In this document: one piece after another, positions 13,018 through 25,907 of the stretch
Position numbering within the stretch: position 1 is the stretch's first letter
How the letters are laid out: each line of letters begins with the position of its first letter
Assembly (NCBI RefSeq): GCF_000143415.4
Contig: NW_003314273.1
Span: 1,002,074-1,066,073 of the forward strand
Origin: Selaginella moellendorffii
Taxonomy: Eukaryota > Plantae > Lycopodiophyta
Reading direction: 5' to 3'
DNA: 64,000 nt
Made by a program: the position numbers and the translations under genes
The notes under the pieces: model-generated
The model's input: the letters and a program-made list of their open reading frames with translations, nothing else
What the model was told of the DNA's origin: nothing
Database searches by the model: none

Positions 13018-14356
13018 TTACCCCCTCTTCTCAGAATAATGGAAGACTATCAGGGTTCTCTTGTAGATGGGTCGAAATCTGAAGGAACGTTAGGAAGAGG
13101 CATCGGTAGATCTGTAGGTGGTATTAATTGTTCTTGATCCCTTTGTATGAAACATTTTAATTGCTACACATGCACAATTTCTAGAGGATTGATGTACTGA
13201 ATGTCATGCCGAACCTCATAAACTTACAGTCCAACTTGCCACAACACCTGATATAGTCCTTTCCACTGAGCAAATAGCCCCTTAGATAAACCATGTACCG
13301 TAAGATGGGGAAAATAGACTAACACCAAGTCATCCATTTTGTACTTTGTAGGTGAACGATGATGGGAGTTGTAGCGCCATTATTGTCACACTTGTATATG
13401 GCTTAAGTGTTTAGTAGATTCTGCTCGGACAAGTGGAAGAATATTTATCAAATACTGATCCTATGACTTAACATCGGTAACTCGTGACAATTGCGAAGGT
13501 AAACCCAACTCCATTAGTAATATTGGATCATAACCATATAAAAATTTATATTGTGAAGCACTAACAGAACTTTGCACCTTTGTGACATATGCATACTAAA
13601 GAGACGGCAAATAACCATTTCAATCCAAATGCTAAAAGTTCATGTACTTCATGATCATTCATTTGAATGTCTGAACGAGCCGTTTCACCAAACCGTCTCA
13701 CTGTGGATGATAAGCACTCGTGAAATTGTGGCATATTTTCAACCGAGACGTCAAAACATGAAATGCCTCAACCATAAATGCAAGACCATTATCCGAAAGA
13801 ATTTGCTCCAGACAAGAATGTTGAAACACCACTTGATTGAGGAGGAAGTACCCAACAGCCATTGCAAAGGCACTAGCATGAGCACCAACTTCCACCCAAC
13901 GAATCAAATAGTCTGAAGCAATAATAACATATTCATTACCAACAGTCGATCGTGGAAAAGATCCCATAAAATCAAATGTTACCAACTCAAATAAATAAAA
14001 AATTGCATAAGGGGGATATTACGATTTTGGCACCAAACGCAACTACGCACATACTGGATAACATCACATTGCATCTCCGGTCAATAAAAAGACCTATGCA
14101 ACTTCTCAATCACACAATGATGTCCCAACAAAAGAATCATGGTAGACATGAAGAAACTATGGAATAAAGACAGAAGGCACCACCAACTGTAAAAGATCAT
14201 TAGGATATGTCCCTACAAAATAAAGAACAAGGAAAGAACAAAAGAAAGGAAATAGAAAAAGCTAAATTTAGATGATGTAAAAGTTAGATTTAAACCAAAA
14301 TAACCAAATCCAAGCATTCCTCAAAGACAATGAAAGGTGCCTCTCATCTTCAACAA

Positions 14357-14532
14357 TGTGAGTACTTGGAATATAAAAGGGGAATACAGAAAATGTTCAT
14401 ATTAATTGGCCCAAAAACCATAGTTTATATACAGAAGTGAGTGGTCTGGATTGAAACCAATTTGATGACTACCAAAATCCCACTACGTTAATATTAGTAA
14501 ACGGCATCGTAGCTGTACACTTAGACCTCATA
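14357..14532 (-). repeat. 5' LTR
   Basis: tgtga...agacctcata; homologous to 12852-13017 with scattered substitutions and a ~10-bp indel. Confidence 0.85.
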
Positions 14533-17500
14533 ATAGAATATAATAATAAAGGTTATTACTATATATATCCTATGAAACATGATGCTGTAACAAGTAAATT
14601 GCAAAATATAAGTGAAAAATTAAAATCCTTAAATAGTATTTCAGAAGCTATAATAAAGTAATTACATAAATTTTCATTAACTACTATATTGTATGTAAAT
14701 TTGAATCAATATACTCAAAATTAAATTAAAAATATGTTTAAATTATTTCAACATTATAATAGCTTACTTACTAAAAGATAAATTTATTTTATAAAATTAT
14801 TTAATTTTTCCTATTAAATCCATTATCACTTATAAGATAATAAAATTGAAAAGTGTAAGTAAACCTTCTTGAAACTTCATTTACAAATTAAGTAAATTAA
14901 GCAAAATATAAAGAAAGATTATTTTGTTAAATACAACATAAAACTATTATCATTTCTTTAGAACCTTAATTATTATTAATTATTTATGTTGAGGAGATAT
15001 TATAGTTTACTTTGATTAGAGGAATTTAACAGTTAAATTTAGAAAAAGAATGAATTAGAGTTTTATGAGGAATATCTATGATTACTAAGTAAATCTTACA
15101 TAAAAATTTATTATTTACACTTTGTGATTCATATAAATATGTGTGATAAATATTTTTTTTGCTGTAATAAATTTAATATTTCAAAAAATGTAAAGTTTTA
15201 TTTGATAATTAATTTTTAATAAAGTATTTTTATTTTTTATTAATTTTATTTTTGCTTAAGAAAACCTGTGATGAACAGCAGTGGTAGTCAATCTCTTAAA
15301 AAAACTTTGATATTCTCATATATTCTAATATCTAACTATATTTATGATTTATAAACATTTTTATAATTTATAAAATTTCCTAAATATTTCTAATTTATTC
15401 TAGTTTATTCTACCATTTAATGGTTAATAGGAAATAAGACTAATCATGTGTTTATAAATAATGAACATATTTATAATTTTAATTCTTTATTAAATCAATT
15501 AGATTAATAAATAGGAATAACATTATAATTGAGCAAACCAAGCACTGCTATATGCAATACATAGTAAATTATTTCTTTATATAAACTATTATCTTTAATA
15601 TAATATTTTTAGTTTTAATTTAGAATCCTCTTTAATATTAAGGTTTTCTTAGAGTTTTATTTTAAAAAATAGAGGGTACTACTGTTTTCCAGTTTTATGT
15701 TTACTCTACTTGTACAAGATGGTCATTAAACCTAAATATTATTCTTTTTAGAATTTGAAATATAAATAAAGCTCACTACTTATTTACATATATAACTTTA
15801 GTAAGAAACACATAACAAATAATTAATATGAATAAAATATTAGAGACTTTTTTTTCAAAAGACTTTGTTGTATAGATCAAAGAAAGTTTCATGAAAAAAT
15901 AGGTATTCTTACACTAGCTTTAGTCTTGTCTAATTGCTCTTTTACAATTATATTCACAAAAGTGAAGGTTTTGGTATAGACTTTGAAGCCAAAAACTTTC
16001 ACAAGCCTAATGTTGAATATTATTTTGTTATAACACACTATCCATATACTAAATCACCTCAAATGCCTGATGAAGATAGTGCATTATAAAGTTGAAATTG
16101 TTTAAATAGTGTGGAGCCAAGGCATTGAGTAATTTGTCAAGTGTTAACAAAATTTAATATAAAATGTGTAAGGATGCTTACTAAAAGCAAATACTAAACC
16201 TGACTCTGTGGTGATAAATGTACTTTTGTTCCTACCCCTATGTTCTATCGCGAATGAAAGCAAGAAGGATTTTTAGATGGTGTTAACTATATTGTTAGAA
16301 CATTGATTTGAACCATATGAGGCAGCTTAAAGACACTATAGTGATGAACATAATGCAATATCTAAAAAGTGGTCAATTATTAATAAGGTTACACTCACCT
16401 CAGATAAAATTGAAAATCTCAAGAAATTTGTTTTTAATATTGAGGGGATGAAAGTTAGAAACAAGAGCAACATAATTAATATTGTTCCTACGTAAATGTA
16501 TAAAAGGCCATTAAAGAAGGTAAGGTGATTAAATTTATTAGTACCATCTCTAAGTAGAAGTAAAATAAGATAAGTTTAACTCAAATGTTTGAGTGAAATT
16601 CTCTATAAAATACATCACTGCACTTCTAAAGGAGTACAGTATTAGAATAAAAGGTGAATAATACATAATTACCATTCAAAATTAAAAGGTAAAGAGTATA
16701 TAATTGCTATTCAAAAATAAAAGATGAAAAGTTATTGTTGAATTGTAAAAGACTTTTGACATTTGCTAAAACTATTATTGTTTATTCTTTATTAATAATA
16801 TAAATTTTTTATATGAAAGATTTAACTAGATTAGCATATATAATCATTAAATGAGATTTGGATATAGTGTTATTATATATCTTTAGAACCTTAGGAGATA
16901 AATAGGGATAAAATAACCACTAAAGGTTCTTTTATTAAACAATTATTTTTTCCCAGTTAGTTTAAGAGGAGAAAGATAAAGATGCTATATATGGTATTAG
17001 AAGAAATGACATGGGTTTAATTCCCATTGATTAATGGTTACTTAAAATAAAATATACCCTTAGTATATTCTTACCTCTAAATTGAAATCATATATAAAAT
17101 GGAGATGCTGTTACATTGATCAATGAGATAAGATTTAGATATACTATCATTGGACCATTTAAATTTAGCTTAAAGGGAGAGAAATAATATTCACTTTGCA
17201 ATAATAATTCTATTTTTATATTTACTATTCTCAAAAATATTTTATGGTGGTCTTTCAAGGGTGTGATTATATTACAGTTTGTCATAAGAGTGTATAGGTA
17301 ATTATTCAAAGTTAAGTATTATAATTTTTTTAGGCAAGTAAAAGGATGATCTTCTCCACTCAATTTATTGCATCTTTTGTTATTACATTATCTCAAACTC
17401 ATACTCATTATCCTTATTATATTTGTTTATATTTTTTATATGATTTATTTATACTGTGCAATTGGATGGCTATTACAACTTGTAATCCTTGAATTACTAC

Positions 17501-17639
17501 TATGAGAAGAAAAATTTAAAAATTTAAAATTACTATAACAATAAAAACTATAGACATTTCTGTGTATTTTCCTCTCTTTTTTTAATAACAATATTAATGA
17601 AGATCCATAAATTCTAGATATTATGTTATGTTAAACCTT

Positions 17640-17664
17640 TATATATATATATATATATATATAT
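17640..17664. repeat. (TA)n microsatellite
   Basis: About 12 TA units. Confidence 0.95.
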
Positions 17665-17875
17665 TCTAGAGAAGAACTAAGAATTTCTTTTATATGCAAT
17701 AAATTTATATCGATAGCTGTTTTTTACCCTTCTAACTAATATATGGCAAATTTAATGATATTTAAAAGCTAGAAAGCATATATAAATCTTATTTTATTTA
17801 ATTTTTTTACAAAGGCACCTAATAAATATTAAATTCTTGGATATAAGTCTCTTCTAAACAGCTCGAGAGCTCCAC

Positions 17876-19110
17876 CTCTTAAGCTGAATATAACAATGGA
17901 ACTTGCCTTACTGTTCCTACAAACTCTTCTTTAACTATTTATATGTCCCCATCAGTTACATGCTCCCATGGAAGCCTCTCAGGAACTTGTTGAACTGGCT
18001 ATGTATCTTGTAAAGAAAAAGCAAGGCAAGATGCAGTGCCCAAGAATAAAACTTTTCATCGCCTGGAAAGCAATTGGCAGGTGAGAAGAGCTTCACAAAC
18101 ACGAAAAAATCAGTCACCTATCAACACAAACCATAAGCAAGCCAGTTCCCATAGGATCAAGAGTCCCAGCATCTGTCATAAAGTCGAGGTTTGAAGCTTC
18201 TGCTGCTGATGCGTCTTCTTTAGAGAAAGATTCTGACGTCGAAGAAACTTCTCCAACTCGTCCAGCTCCTGGTTCCATTGAATTTTCTCCCGATGATTGG
18301 GAGCCCGAAACAAGTTCTTTGATCTTACGCAGAGGCTGTTTGTGATGAGACGCCAAATAAGAAAGTGGCCGATACTTTGACTCCAAAACCATATGTGATA
18401 ACTCGGAGCATGAAAATGCCGGAAGAATGGGACGGACCTGGAATTGTTGTTTTTGATAGACAAGCCTCACGGTATGCGTATTCTTTACAAGGATCAATCA
18501 CTCATGTCGTGTTTTTGTGTTTTTCTTTATGCTGTCAAAAAATCTTCTTTTCTTTTTCTTCTTCCGTGTATGGTCGGGAGACGGAAGTTTTTTCTCCTAG
18601 CTTTGGGCTCCTTGTCAAGCGGTGGAACCAACGCATCAATGTGATCCTCTGGGAAATACTTCCTCTCCAACTTATCCCCGAACCGCTCAAACGCTCCTTT
18701 CTCCCACGGAAATGCCAAGAGATTGTAGAAGTAGAGTGCATGCTGCTTGGCAAACTCACTCTCGTACGTGCATAGCTCGGGATGCCACCCTTTGTCCGAC
18801 TCCTCCTCTTCGAGCTTCTTCGAGAAATACCTCCTCTTTCTTTCTCGCTTGGGGAAAGTCACCCGGAGATATAGTCGAAAGGATGATTGATACGTCGTAT
18901 TCCTCGCAGCAATAAACCACCACCTGGAATTTATCTACAATCCCTGCGCCTAGAAATCCCTTCCTGGATCCTGGCAAGTCGCCATAAAACCCCACATTCC
19001 TTCTCTCGCACCTCCAGGGCGGATTGAATCGCATCGTGCATTGCTCTCGAGGTAGAAGGCGCTGCTGTTGCGATCGATCGCCGACGATAGCGCGCTCCTC
19101 CAAAAACCCT
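17876..19110 (-). pseudogene. Plant organellar-type tRNA pseudouridine-55 synthase (TruB family) pseudogene with internal inversion
   Basis: Minus strand: KRRYFSK...LYFYNLLAFPWEKG...LERKYFPE (18527-18862), AGTLDPMGTGLLMVCV (18118-18172) and PWEHVTD.DI*..KEEFVG.VRQVP.LYSA* (~17880-17975). Plus strand, inverted block: PYVITRS...PEEWDGPG..LIDKPH. The 5' boundary is approximate. Confidence 0.85.
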
Positions 19111-19149
19111 AGCACAGTGTTTGAGCAAATGCCCCGATCGCGCTGCATG

Positions 19150-20210
19150 AATAGCCCGTCTTTCGCCTCCGCTACTGTGACCTTCATGGTGGCTCGAGCG
19201 CTCCCTTTGCTATCTCTGCGAGGAGGGCAGGCGATTGCACGCGCAGCTGATCGAGATCGGTCTCGACTGGTAATTTGCTCGTCCAGATGTATGCCAAATG
19301 TGGGAGTGTAGAGGACGCGCGATCGGCCGAATCTCTACATGATTGCAGCGCTCGTCCACAACGGAAGAACACCGGAGGCCAGGGTGATCTTCAATGCGGC
19401 ACCGCGGAGGAATCTTGTGTCGTGGAACTCGATGATCGCGGCGTATGCCCGGAATGGGCAGATGCTAGAGGCCAGGGAAATGATTGATCGACTACCACAG
19501 CAGGATGTGGTCTCTTGCAATCTCGTGATGCACGGGATCGAAGAGGCGAATGAGATCTTCGGTCGGTCGGATCGACGCGGCCAAGGCGATGTACGTTCTA
19601 TGCTGGAACGCAATAATCCTAGAAATTTTCCAGTCTGGGCATTTGGATAAAGCCAAGAGCGTGTTTGATAGAATGCCGCAGAGAAACATGGTCGCCTGGA
19701 CTTTGATCATGGTAGCCCGGGACTTTGATCCTGCGTGATTTTTCTCTTTGGATCGATGCGGGAGCGAAATTACATTCCGTGGACAGTTCTTACAGCATTT
19801 TCCGCGGATGGAAATCTTTCGCGGGGCGCCCGGTGCTGGATCGAGTGCCCCACAACGGCACCGTGGCGTGGAACTCGCTGATCCAGGGGGTGATCTGGCA
19901 CCGGTCGATCGGCTGCCCGAGCGAGACATTGCGAGCCACAAGTTTAGGCCTCGCCCTTGCGGATCTTCTCGCGAATGCTCCTCGCGGGCTTCTCCCAGTC
20001 CTGCCAGATCGATCGCATGCCCGAGCGAAGCCCCGGGTCGTGGAACACGATGATCAACGCGCTCGGCCCCGGGTCGCGGAGATGGATCTCGAGGGCGCGC
20101 GCCCCGATTGGCTGGGCTTCTCGGAGGCGCTCGACTCGTGCTCGAGCGTGGCGGGGACGGCTCATGCGGCGGCGGTGGAGATGCGGTTGCTGCCAAGGGA
20201 AGTTGCAGAA
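19150..20210 (+). pseudogene. PLS PPR pseudogene (many frameshifts)
   Basis: Motifs GNLLVQMYAKCGSVEDAR, RNLVSWNSMIAAYARNG and GHLDKAKSVFDRMPQRNMVAW are spread over different frames. Confidence 0.85.
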
Positions 20211-20306
20211 TGTGGAGCTAAAGCATCCGTGTCTTTGCGGCAGATTCCTCGATCCGAGAAAGCAGCCAGAGTTTGAGTTTGCGTGACTCTATATTTGCTT
20301 TCCAGT

Positions 20307-20700
20307 TTGGAATACGCTTATGAACCAGCAAACGACTTTTACGAGCTCGTTCTTGGGAGCTCTTTCAATGCAGAGGAGGTGGCAGCATCTGCTAGCGAAT
20401 GCTCATATGCAACTCTTGCTTCTGCATCCCAGGTATCACATTACAAGGCTCAGCTTTTACCTCTCCGACTTCTACATTTCTTTGCAAGGTACGCACTGCC
20501 TACAGGAGGACCGCCAAGAACCATCCAAGTAAAGACGGAACGACAAACCTAGCTCAGTGTTTGTTTGTAACGTCTTGTATCATTTTTTGACAGATTGTGA
20601 GTGCCTACGAACGTATCAGAGTGACGGGCTTTACGGTGAGCAAAGATTATGGGTACGCTGCAATAGGTGGCAACGTCAAGCATTCAGTACTCCAGTAGTA
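20307..20700 (+). pseudogene. J-domain (DnaJ)-like gene fragment with introns
   Basis: Spliced pieces FYELVLG...ASASQ | VRTAYRRTAKNHPSKDG | IVSAYERI resemble J-domain helices with a degenerate HPD (HPS). Confidence 0.4.
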
Positions 20701-20789
20701 ATTGAGAGCTCTAACGTTCCCAGGGAGGTGTTAGACAGATTGACCCTGAAATTGACTCGCTTTTCCCTGCACGAACAGCCGGGAAAGGT

Positions 20790-21040
20790 GAGTGCTAGGG
20801 TATTTGGATCAACTCCCACTGGACCTGGGTGACGAGATGGTGCAAGAACACGCGAAGGAGCATCTTGGCGAGCTCAATTGCGAGGGCCCACGCCAAATGG
20901 AACGTAAATGTATGGGATCAAACCGGAGCTCGAATAGTCGAATCGCTCTGGATCAAACTTGTCCGGATCCACGAAGAACGCGCTCCTCTTGTTGCTCTGG
21001 AAGACGCTCCAATGGAACTGGATAAACAAAACAAGGTGTA
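20790..21040 (-). pseudogene. Cytochrome P450 C-terminal fragment
   Basis: DPDKFDPERF...YVPFGVGPRN* (heme Cys lost), then frameshifted ELAKMLLRVFLHHLVTQVQW. Confidence 0.85.
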
Positions 21041-22826
21041 AAATCTTCGCGAGATCAAGTAAATGGAGGAACTTACTCGCCAATCTTTTCAAACTGTGAA
21101 GTGTCTTGTCACCATAGACAATGTTAAAAGCTTACCACTAACTACAATCTTTGTTCCAAAAGAAGTATAAAATATATCAAACAATTCAATGTAATCCCTT
21201 TAGGAGTCAAAGATTAGCTTTGCTTTCAGAACTTGTCTGGCATTGCTAAGTAGTTAGCAAAAACACACATTCTCGGAAAGTCAATGTGTTTAAGGTTCTT
21301 TTAGTTAATAAATTATTCTGAAATTCAATATAGATTATATTAATTGTGTAGAAGTTGTGTAGAAGTGTTGGTCAATTGGAATAAGATAACCTTGACTGTG
21401 AGAAGAAAGTATTTGCACACAAAGTTATTCAGATGATATATATCTTGATAAAGCAGTATATAGTTAACCATATGTAAAAATATATTTTGACAAGTCTAAC
21501 ACGATCAAAAGTTTGACCTTGAGCTTTTGAAATGGTCAAAAAATATCTAAGATGAATTATAAATTCTATTTTAAAATTTTTAAAAAGCATCTGAGCATCA
21601 GAAGATCTGAGGGTGATCTGTGGAATAAAAACTAGAACCTTTAAATTGTCAATATTTTGGGATGCTTGCCTGATAATAATACATATGTCATTGCATAAAC
21701 CCTGTTAGTAATGACATTTCTAAGCAAAATCAAAATAATATTTTATTTGAGGATCAGTTTGTGTGGGGTAGTTCAGATGGAGTGGTTAAATTTAGAAATT
21801 CAATTTGAAACTCTTTAAGGTAGTCTCAACAGAATCAATCCTCAATAAATATATGGTTCACCTAGCAATCTTTGAAAGATATTATCATTTATTCTGAAAA
21901 TGTCATCATTGAGTAGAGTGAAAATGACCTTTGATACTATTATGTATGTAGAATAATATCTTTAATATTTAGAAAAAAAAAGTCAATAATAGATGTTAAA
22001 CTACATAGTGCAGAGCATATTTTAATTATATCTCATAGACTTGAATCACTGTTTCCAACTTTAAAAAGCCATTTTACAAAAGTAATATATTTTGTAACCT
22101 ACCTTACACACTCAATGGAAGAACTATATTTTCTATAAAGGAAAGTGTTTTGAAAAGTGATTATAATCTATTCATTTTGACTGAGCTTGACACAATATAG
22201 TTCTATGGTTGAGGAATGACTGAAAGTGTTTGACTAAAGTCATCACTTACAATAACTGTAATACCTCCAAAAAGGTCTAGAATTTAATTTGAGATATTTT
22301 ATATATATGTTGATAATTGAGAAGGTATGTGTATGTACCATATTAATTTCATCCTATATGATAACATTAAATTTTTTTATATTAAATATTATCAATTATT
22401 AAAAAAATATAGGAGTTTTATTTGAAGGAATAGAAAGTTTAAATATTGTATGTAATGTTTGACTATATTTTAATAAAATACTTGCAATGGTGCCCTTAAT
22501 AAGGGTAGATACCCCAAGTGTACCTCCAGAAATTTCGTGACTCACAGGAATCATTTTTATCAGAGTCTAGCGAGACTAACTTGGTTGAATCTCACTTTTC
22601 GGAGTGAAATTTGGTGTTGTATTTTTATTCCTCTAGCATTAAGGGCTGCCAAAGCAACACGGATGCTGTAATCCCACTTCTTCCAAACATGGATTGCCAA
22701 ATTCGCGAGTTAGCTGCTCCGTCACTCCGCCGAATTTGACTTTCCCCGCCCTGGTCGTGCTGCAAAATCGGAGGGCTCAGCTGATAAAATCTAGGTCGTG
22801 GACACCTCATTCGTACAAGTGTACGA

Positions 22827-23608
22827 ATGAAGGGCGATGGCGATGGCGATCGCTTAGGTATGGCCAATGTAGATCGATCGAATCCAATGAGTAGATCGGA
22901 GCTCTTGGCTGCAGGCGCAACGATCAAGAGGCCGCTGAGAGATGAAGCAGTCACACCTGTGGCGGTTTTGTCAGTGAAAGCGCGATCGGTGGCAAGCGAT
23001 AGTAAATGCTATGCTAGGCGCCGCAGAATCCTTCGCGATGACAACAAGAGCGAAGAATGGATGCCTTCGACATGTCCGTCGAAGAGGTTTACGTGAGGTT
23101 TTCTCCGTCTTTTTACATGGATTTTTTTTGCTTCCAGGTCCAAGAAGCGACGGCATTCGAGCACCAGTTTGGAGGACGATTTTCAAGATCAAGACCATGA
23201 TTCCACCGAGTTGAAAACTCGTCACGTAGGTGTCACTCTCCACGCTTTCTTCTCTTGGTTACTGATTCCGTCTCTATTATTCTACAGAGATCTAAGAAAA
23301 GTCGTCGAGGTAGAGCAAGGACACAGAAGCCAGCCAAGGTTCCAAAGAACTTCGTCCAGGAGCAGCAAAAGTACTTCGCGGAAGTGGATGCATTCGAGCT
23401 CCAGGAGGAGGAATCTGCGGAAGAAAGCTCCTCTCACGAGCTGGATCAAAAACTCCAATCGGAGGACGAGAGCTCCTCAGACGACGAGGTCCCACAGGAA
23501 GCAGGACCCGCCCAAGAACTACAACCAGAGTCAACGAAGGACTCTTTCTCGGAGCCGGAGGAGTCGGAGTCGGCGTCGGGATCTGGATCGGAGGAGAGAT
23601 CGGACTAA
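22827..23608 (+). CDS. Sororin-like protein (3 exons: 22827-23086, 23138-23225, 23287-23608)
   Basis: In-frame splicing via gt/ag introns. Basic low-complexity N-terminus, then KNFVQEQQKYFAEVDAFELQEE, matching the plant sororin C-terminal motif. Confidence 0.7.
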
Positions 23609-24127
23609 ACTCCATCGCGTGTAAGTTTTCTCATATTTTGTCGCTATTGCAGAGTTGTAAAAAAACACGCTGATCGTGTTGTGTTTCGTTTAGATCTCCT
23701 TTCGGCGCAAATGCTGCAGGTTGGTCCCGGGTTCTTTCGAGCTATGTCACAACGAAGATTCTCCATAGACGCGGCCAAAAGAGAGAAAACATATACTTCC
23801 GTGAACGTTATTGGCCGCCACGTGGACGACACCGATTGGCGAATGGGAGCTACTAACTGACACGTGTACACTAGACAAATTATTGTAGCCGGAAGTATGG
23901 TATCTATAGTTTTGTGGAGGCGCGTATACAAGTGGCCACATTGGTGTGTTCCTCTGATTTGCTAGGGTTTGGGGGGCGCGGTTGATGTGAAATTTCGAAA
24001 GTTTCTTTCTTGGATCGAGCACGATGATGAGCGCTGCGAAGCTGGCCGCTGCTGATCGGAGGTATGGAGTGTGAATGTCTGGGAAAATCTTGCCAAAATC
24101 GAAATGCCTGTGCTTGATTACTTCAGT

Positions 24128-25907
24128 ATGGCGCGTGAGCTAGCGATCGCGGAGGCGCCGCCGTGCAGGAGGTGCTTCCCACCGCCGAGAAATCTCCATT
24201 CGATCATCTCTTGCAGCTTGTCGGTGCGACGGCGCCAGAGATCAGCGGCGCTGGTCGTCTCTTCCTCTCAATTCTCTCATGAATCCAGGCACAGGAACAG
24301 GAGGAAAGACAGCCAGATTGCAGAGGTCAATGCTAGCTATGCCGATTCTCATTTGATAGACGAGGAGGAGATTCTCATGGCCGGGCGATCCATTTCCAGG
24401 AGAAGCTTTAAGATCATCACTGCTGGCATTCTCACCGTGGTTCTGGCCGTGAGTAACAAGGTCCTCTACAAGATGGCTCTAATTCCGCTTAGGGAGTACC
24501 CATTCTTCTTGGCACAAGTGAACACGTTTGGGTACGTACGCAGCCTATCTAGATCACTCTCTTTTGCAAACTTTGTTCTCACTTTGTCACGGATGTCTCA
24601 GGTACGTGCTAGTTTATTCGTCGATACTACTCGCCCGATATCGCTCGGGAGCTGTGACAGCCAAAATGCTGGCTCTCCCAAAGTCTTGGTTTATAGTTTT
24701 GGGAGCGCTGGAAGCACTTGGCCTTGCGACAGGGATGGCGGCCGCAGGTGAGGTGTTGTCGCAGGAAATTGTTCACAGGTTTTTGACATATGTGTGTATG
24801 CAGCCGTGCTTTCTGGAGCGATTATTCCAGTCTTGGCGCAGGTATTCGTTCCATTACGTGTTTATTGCTTATGCAAAGATTGGATTGCTCTTGATGCAGG
24901 CTTATTTAGTTTGGCAACTTCTACTGTCTTCCGCGTTTTTAAAGAAGAAGTACACATTCGGTCAAATTTTTGGCTGTCTTCTCGTGCTTGCTGGTGTTAT
25001 TCTTGTCGTTTCAAGGTAGAGTTTCACATACTCGCACTCAACAGCGATATTTAAATAGCTGGCGATCTTTCGTTTTCTTTTGCAGTGGAGCAGGAAGCGA
25101 ATCGGCAGTGCAAAGTGCCGGATACTTTTGGCCTCTCGTGATGGTCGTATCATCTGGATTTTCTGCCGGTGGTTCTATCATCAAGGTGAGGAAATTCTTA
25201 GCCAACTCTAGTTTTGTTTGACGAGATTAAACCGTTTGTGCATAGGAATTTTTGTTTCGGAACGCTGCGCACCATTCAGAAGGAAGATCCGTGGATTTGT
25301 TTGTTGTGAACACTTTGGGCTCAAGCTTCCAGGTGCGCTTTACGTTTTCATTGAGGGATGTCCTCATTAAGCTCTTTTGTTTACAGGCACTGTTCGTGTT
25401 TCTGCTGCTCCCGGTGCTTTCGAACATGCGGGGAATTCCTTTCAGCCAACTTCCACAATACTTGCTTGATGGATCGGCTTGTTTCTTCAACATTGGCGGC
25501 AGTGGTATCATTTTGTTGATCTGTTTTGTCGTTGCTTATACTGTGCCTTACAGGTTGCCATGGCGCACCTTTGATACCTTTGCTCTATGTCGCTGTCAAC
25601 CTGGCTTTCAACATTTCGGCTCTCAATCTTCTAAAACTGTCGTCGGCCGTGGTTTCATCTTTGTGCACAACTCTCGCAGGTAAAACTAGTTCTTCTAGAG
25701 CTACATTCTGCTCGCTTCGCTTCTTAGACTGAAAATCGTGAAAACTCTGCAGTGCCAGCGTCGATTTGGATGTTCACGCTACCACTTCCGTTGCTGGGTC
25801 ACCCGGTTTCAATCACTCCAGGCCTGTATAGAGGAGCTACAACTCTGGTGCTGGGCTTGGTTGTATATAATTTTTTTGCGGTAGACAGGAAGAATAAAGA
25901 GCAGTAA
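24128..25907 (+). CDS. CLT: CRT-like transporter (chloroquine-resistance transporter-like, plastid thiol transporter family); multi-exon
   Basis: LAVSNKVLYKMALIPLREYPFFLAQVNTFGYV, SVDLFVVNTLGSSFQ, GCHGAPLIPLLYVAVNLAFNIS; transit-peptide-like N-terminus. Alternative ATG at 24104. Confidence 0.92.

Larger units (their letters stand above)
12852..14532 (-). mobile_element. Internally deleted Ty3/gypsy LTR retrotransposon (two LTRs, decayed integrase, PPT)
   Basis: Direct repeats at 12852-13017 and 14357-14532. Polypurine tract ctgagaagagggggtaa (minus strand) abuts the left LTR. Integrase core D(F)MG.FP...GNEYVIIASDY..RWVE...SDNG...TSAYHPQ at 13698-13985 with stops. Flanks gtag/atag are a possible 4-bp TSD with one mismatch. 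Confidence 0.9.

Noticed and set aside
14533-17800. Endogenous giant-virus remnant in the AT-rich tract
   Set aside because: Plausible in principle, but no viral hallmark protein could be read; left unclaimed.
18114-18497. 127-aa minus-strand ORF ending in a TruB motif
   Set aside because: Chimeric: only the last ~19 codons are TruB sense, the rest is the antisense of the inverted block.
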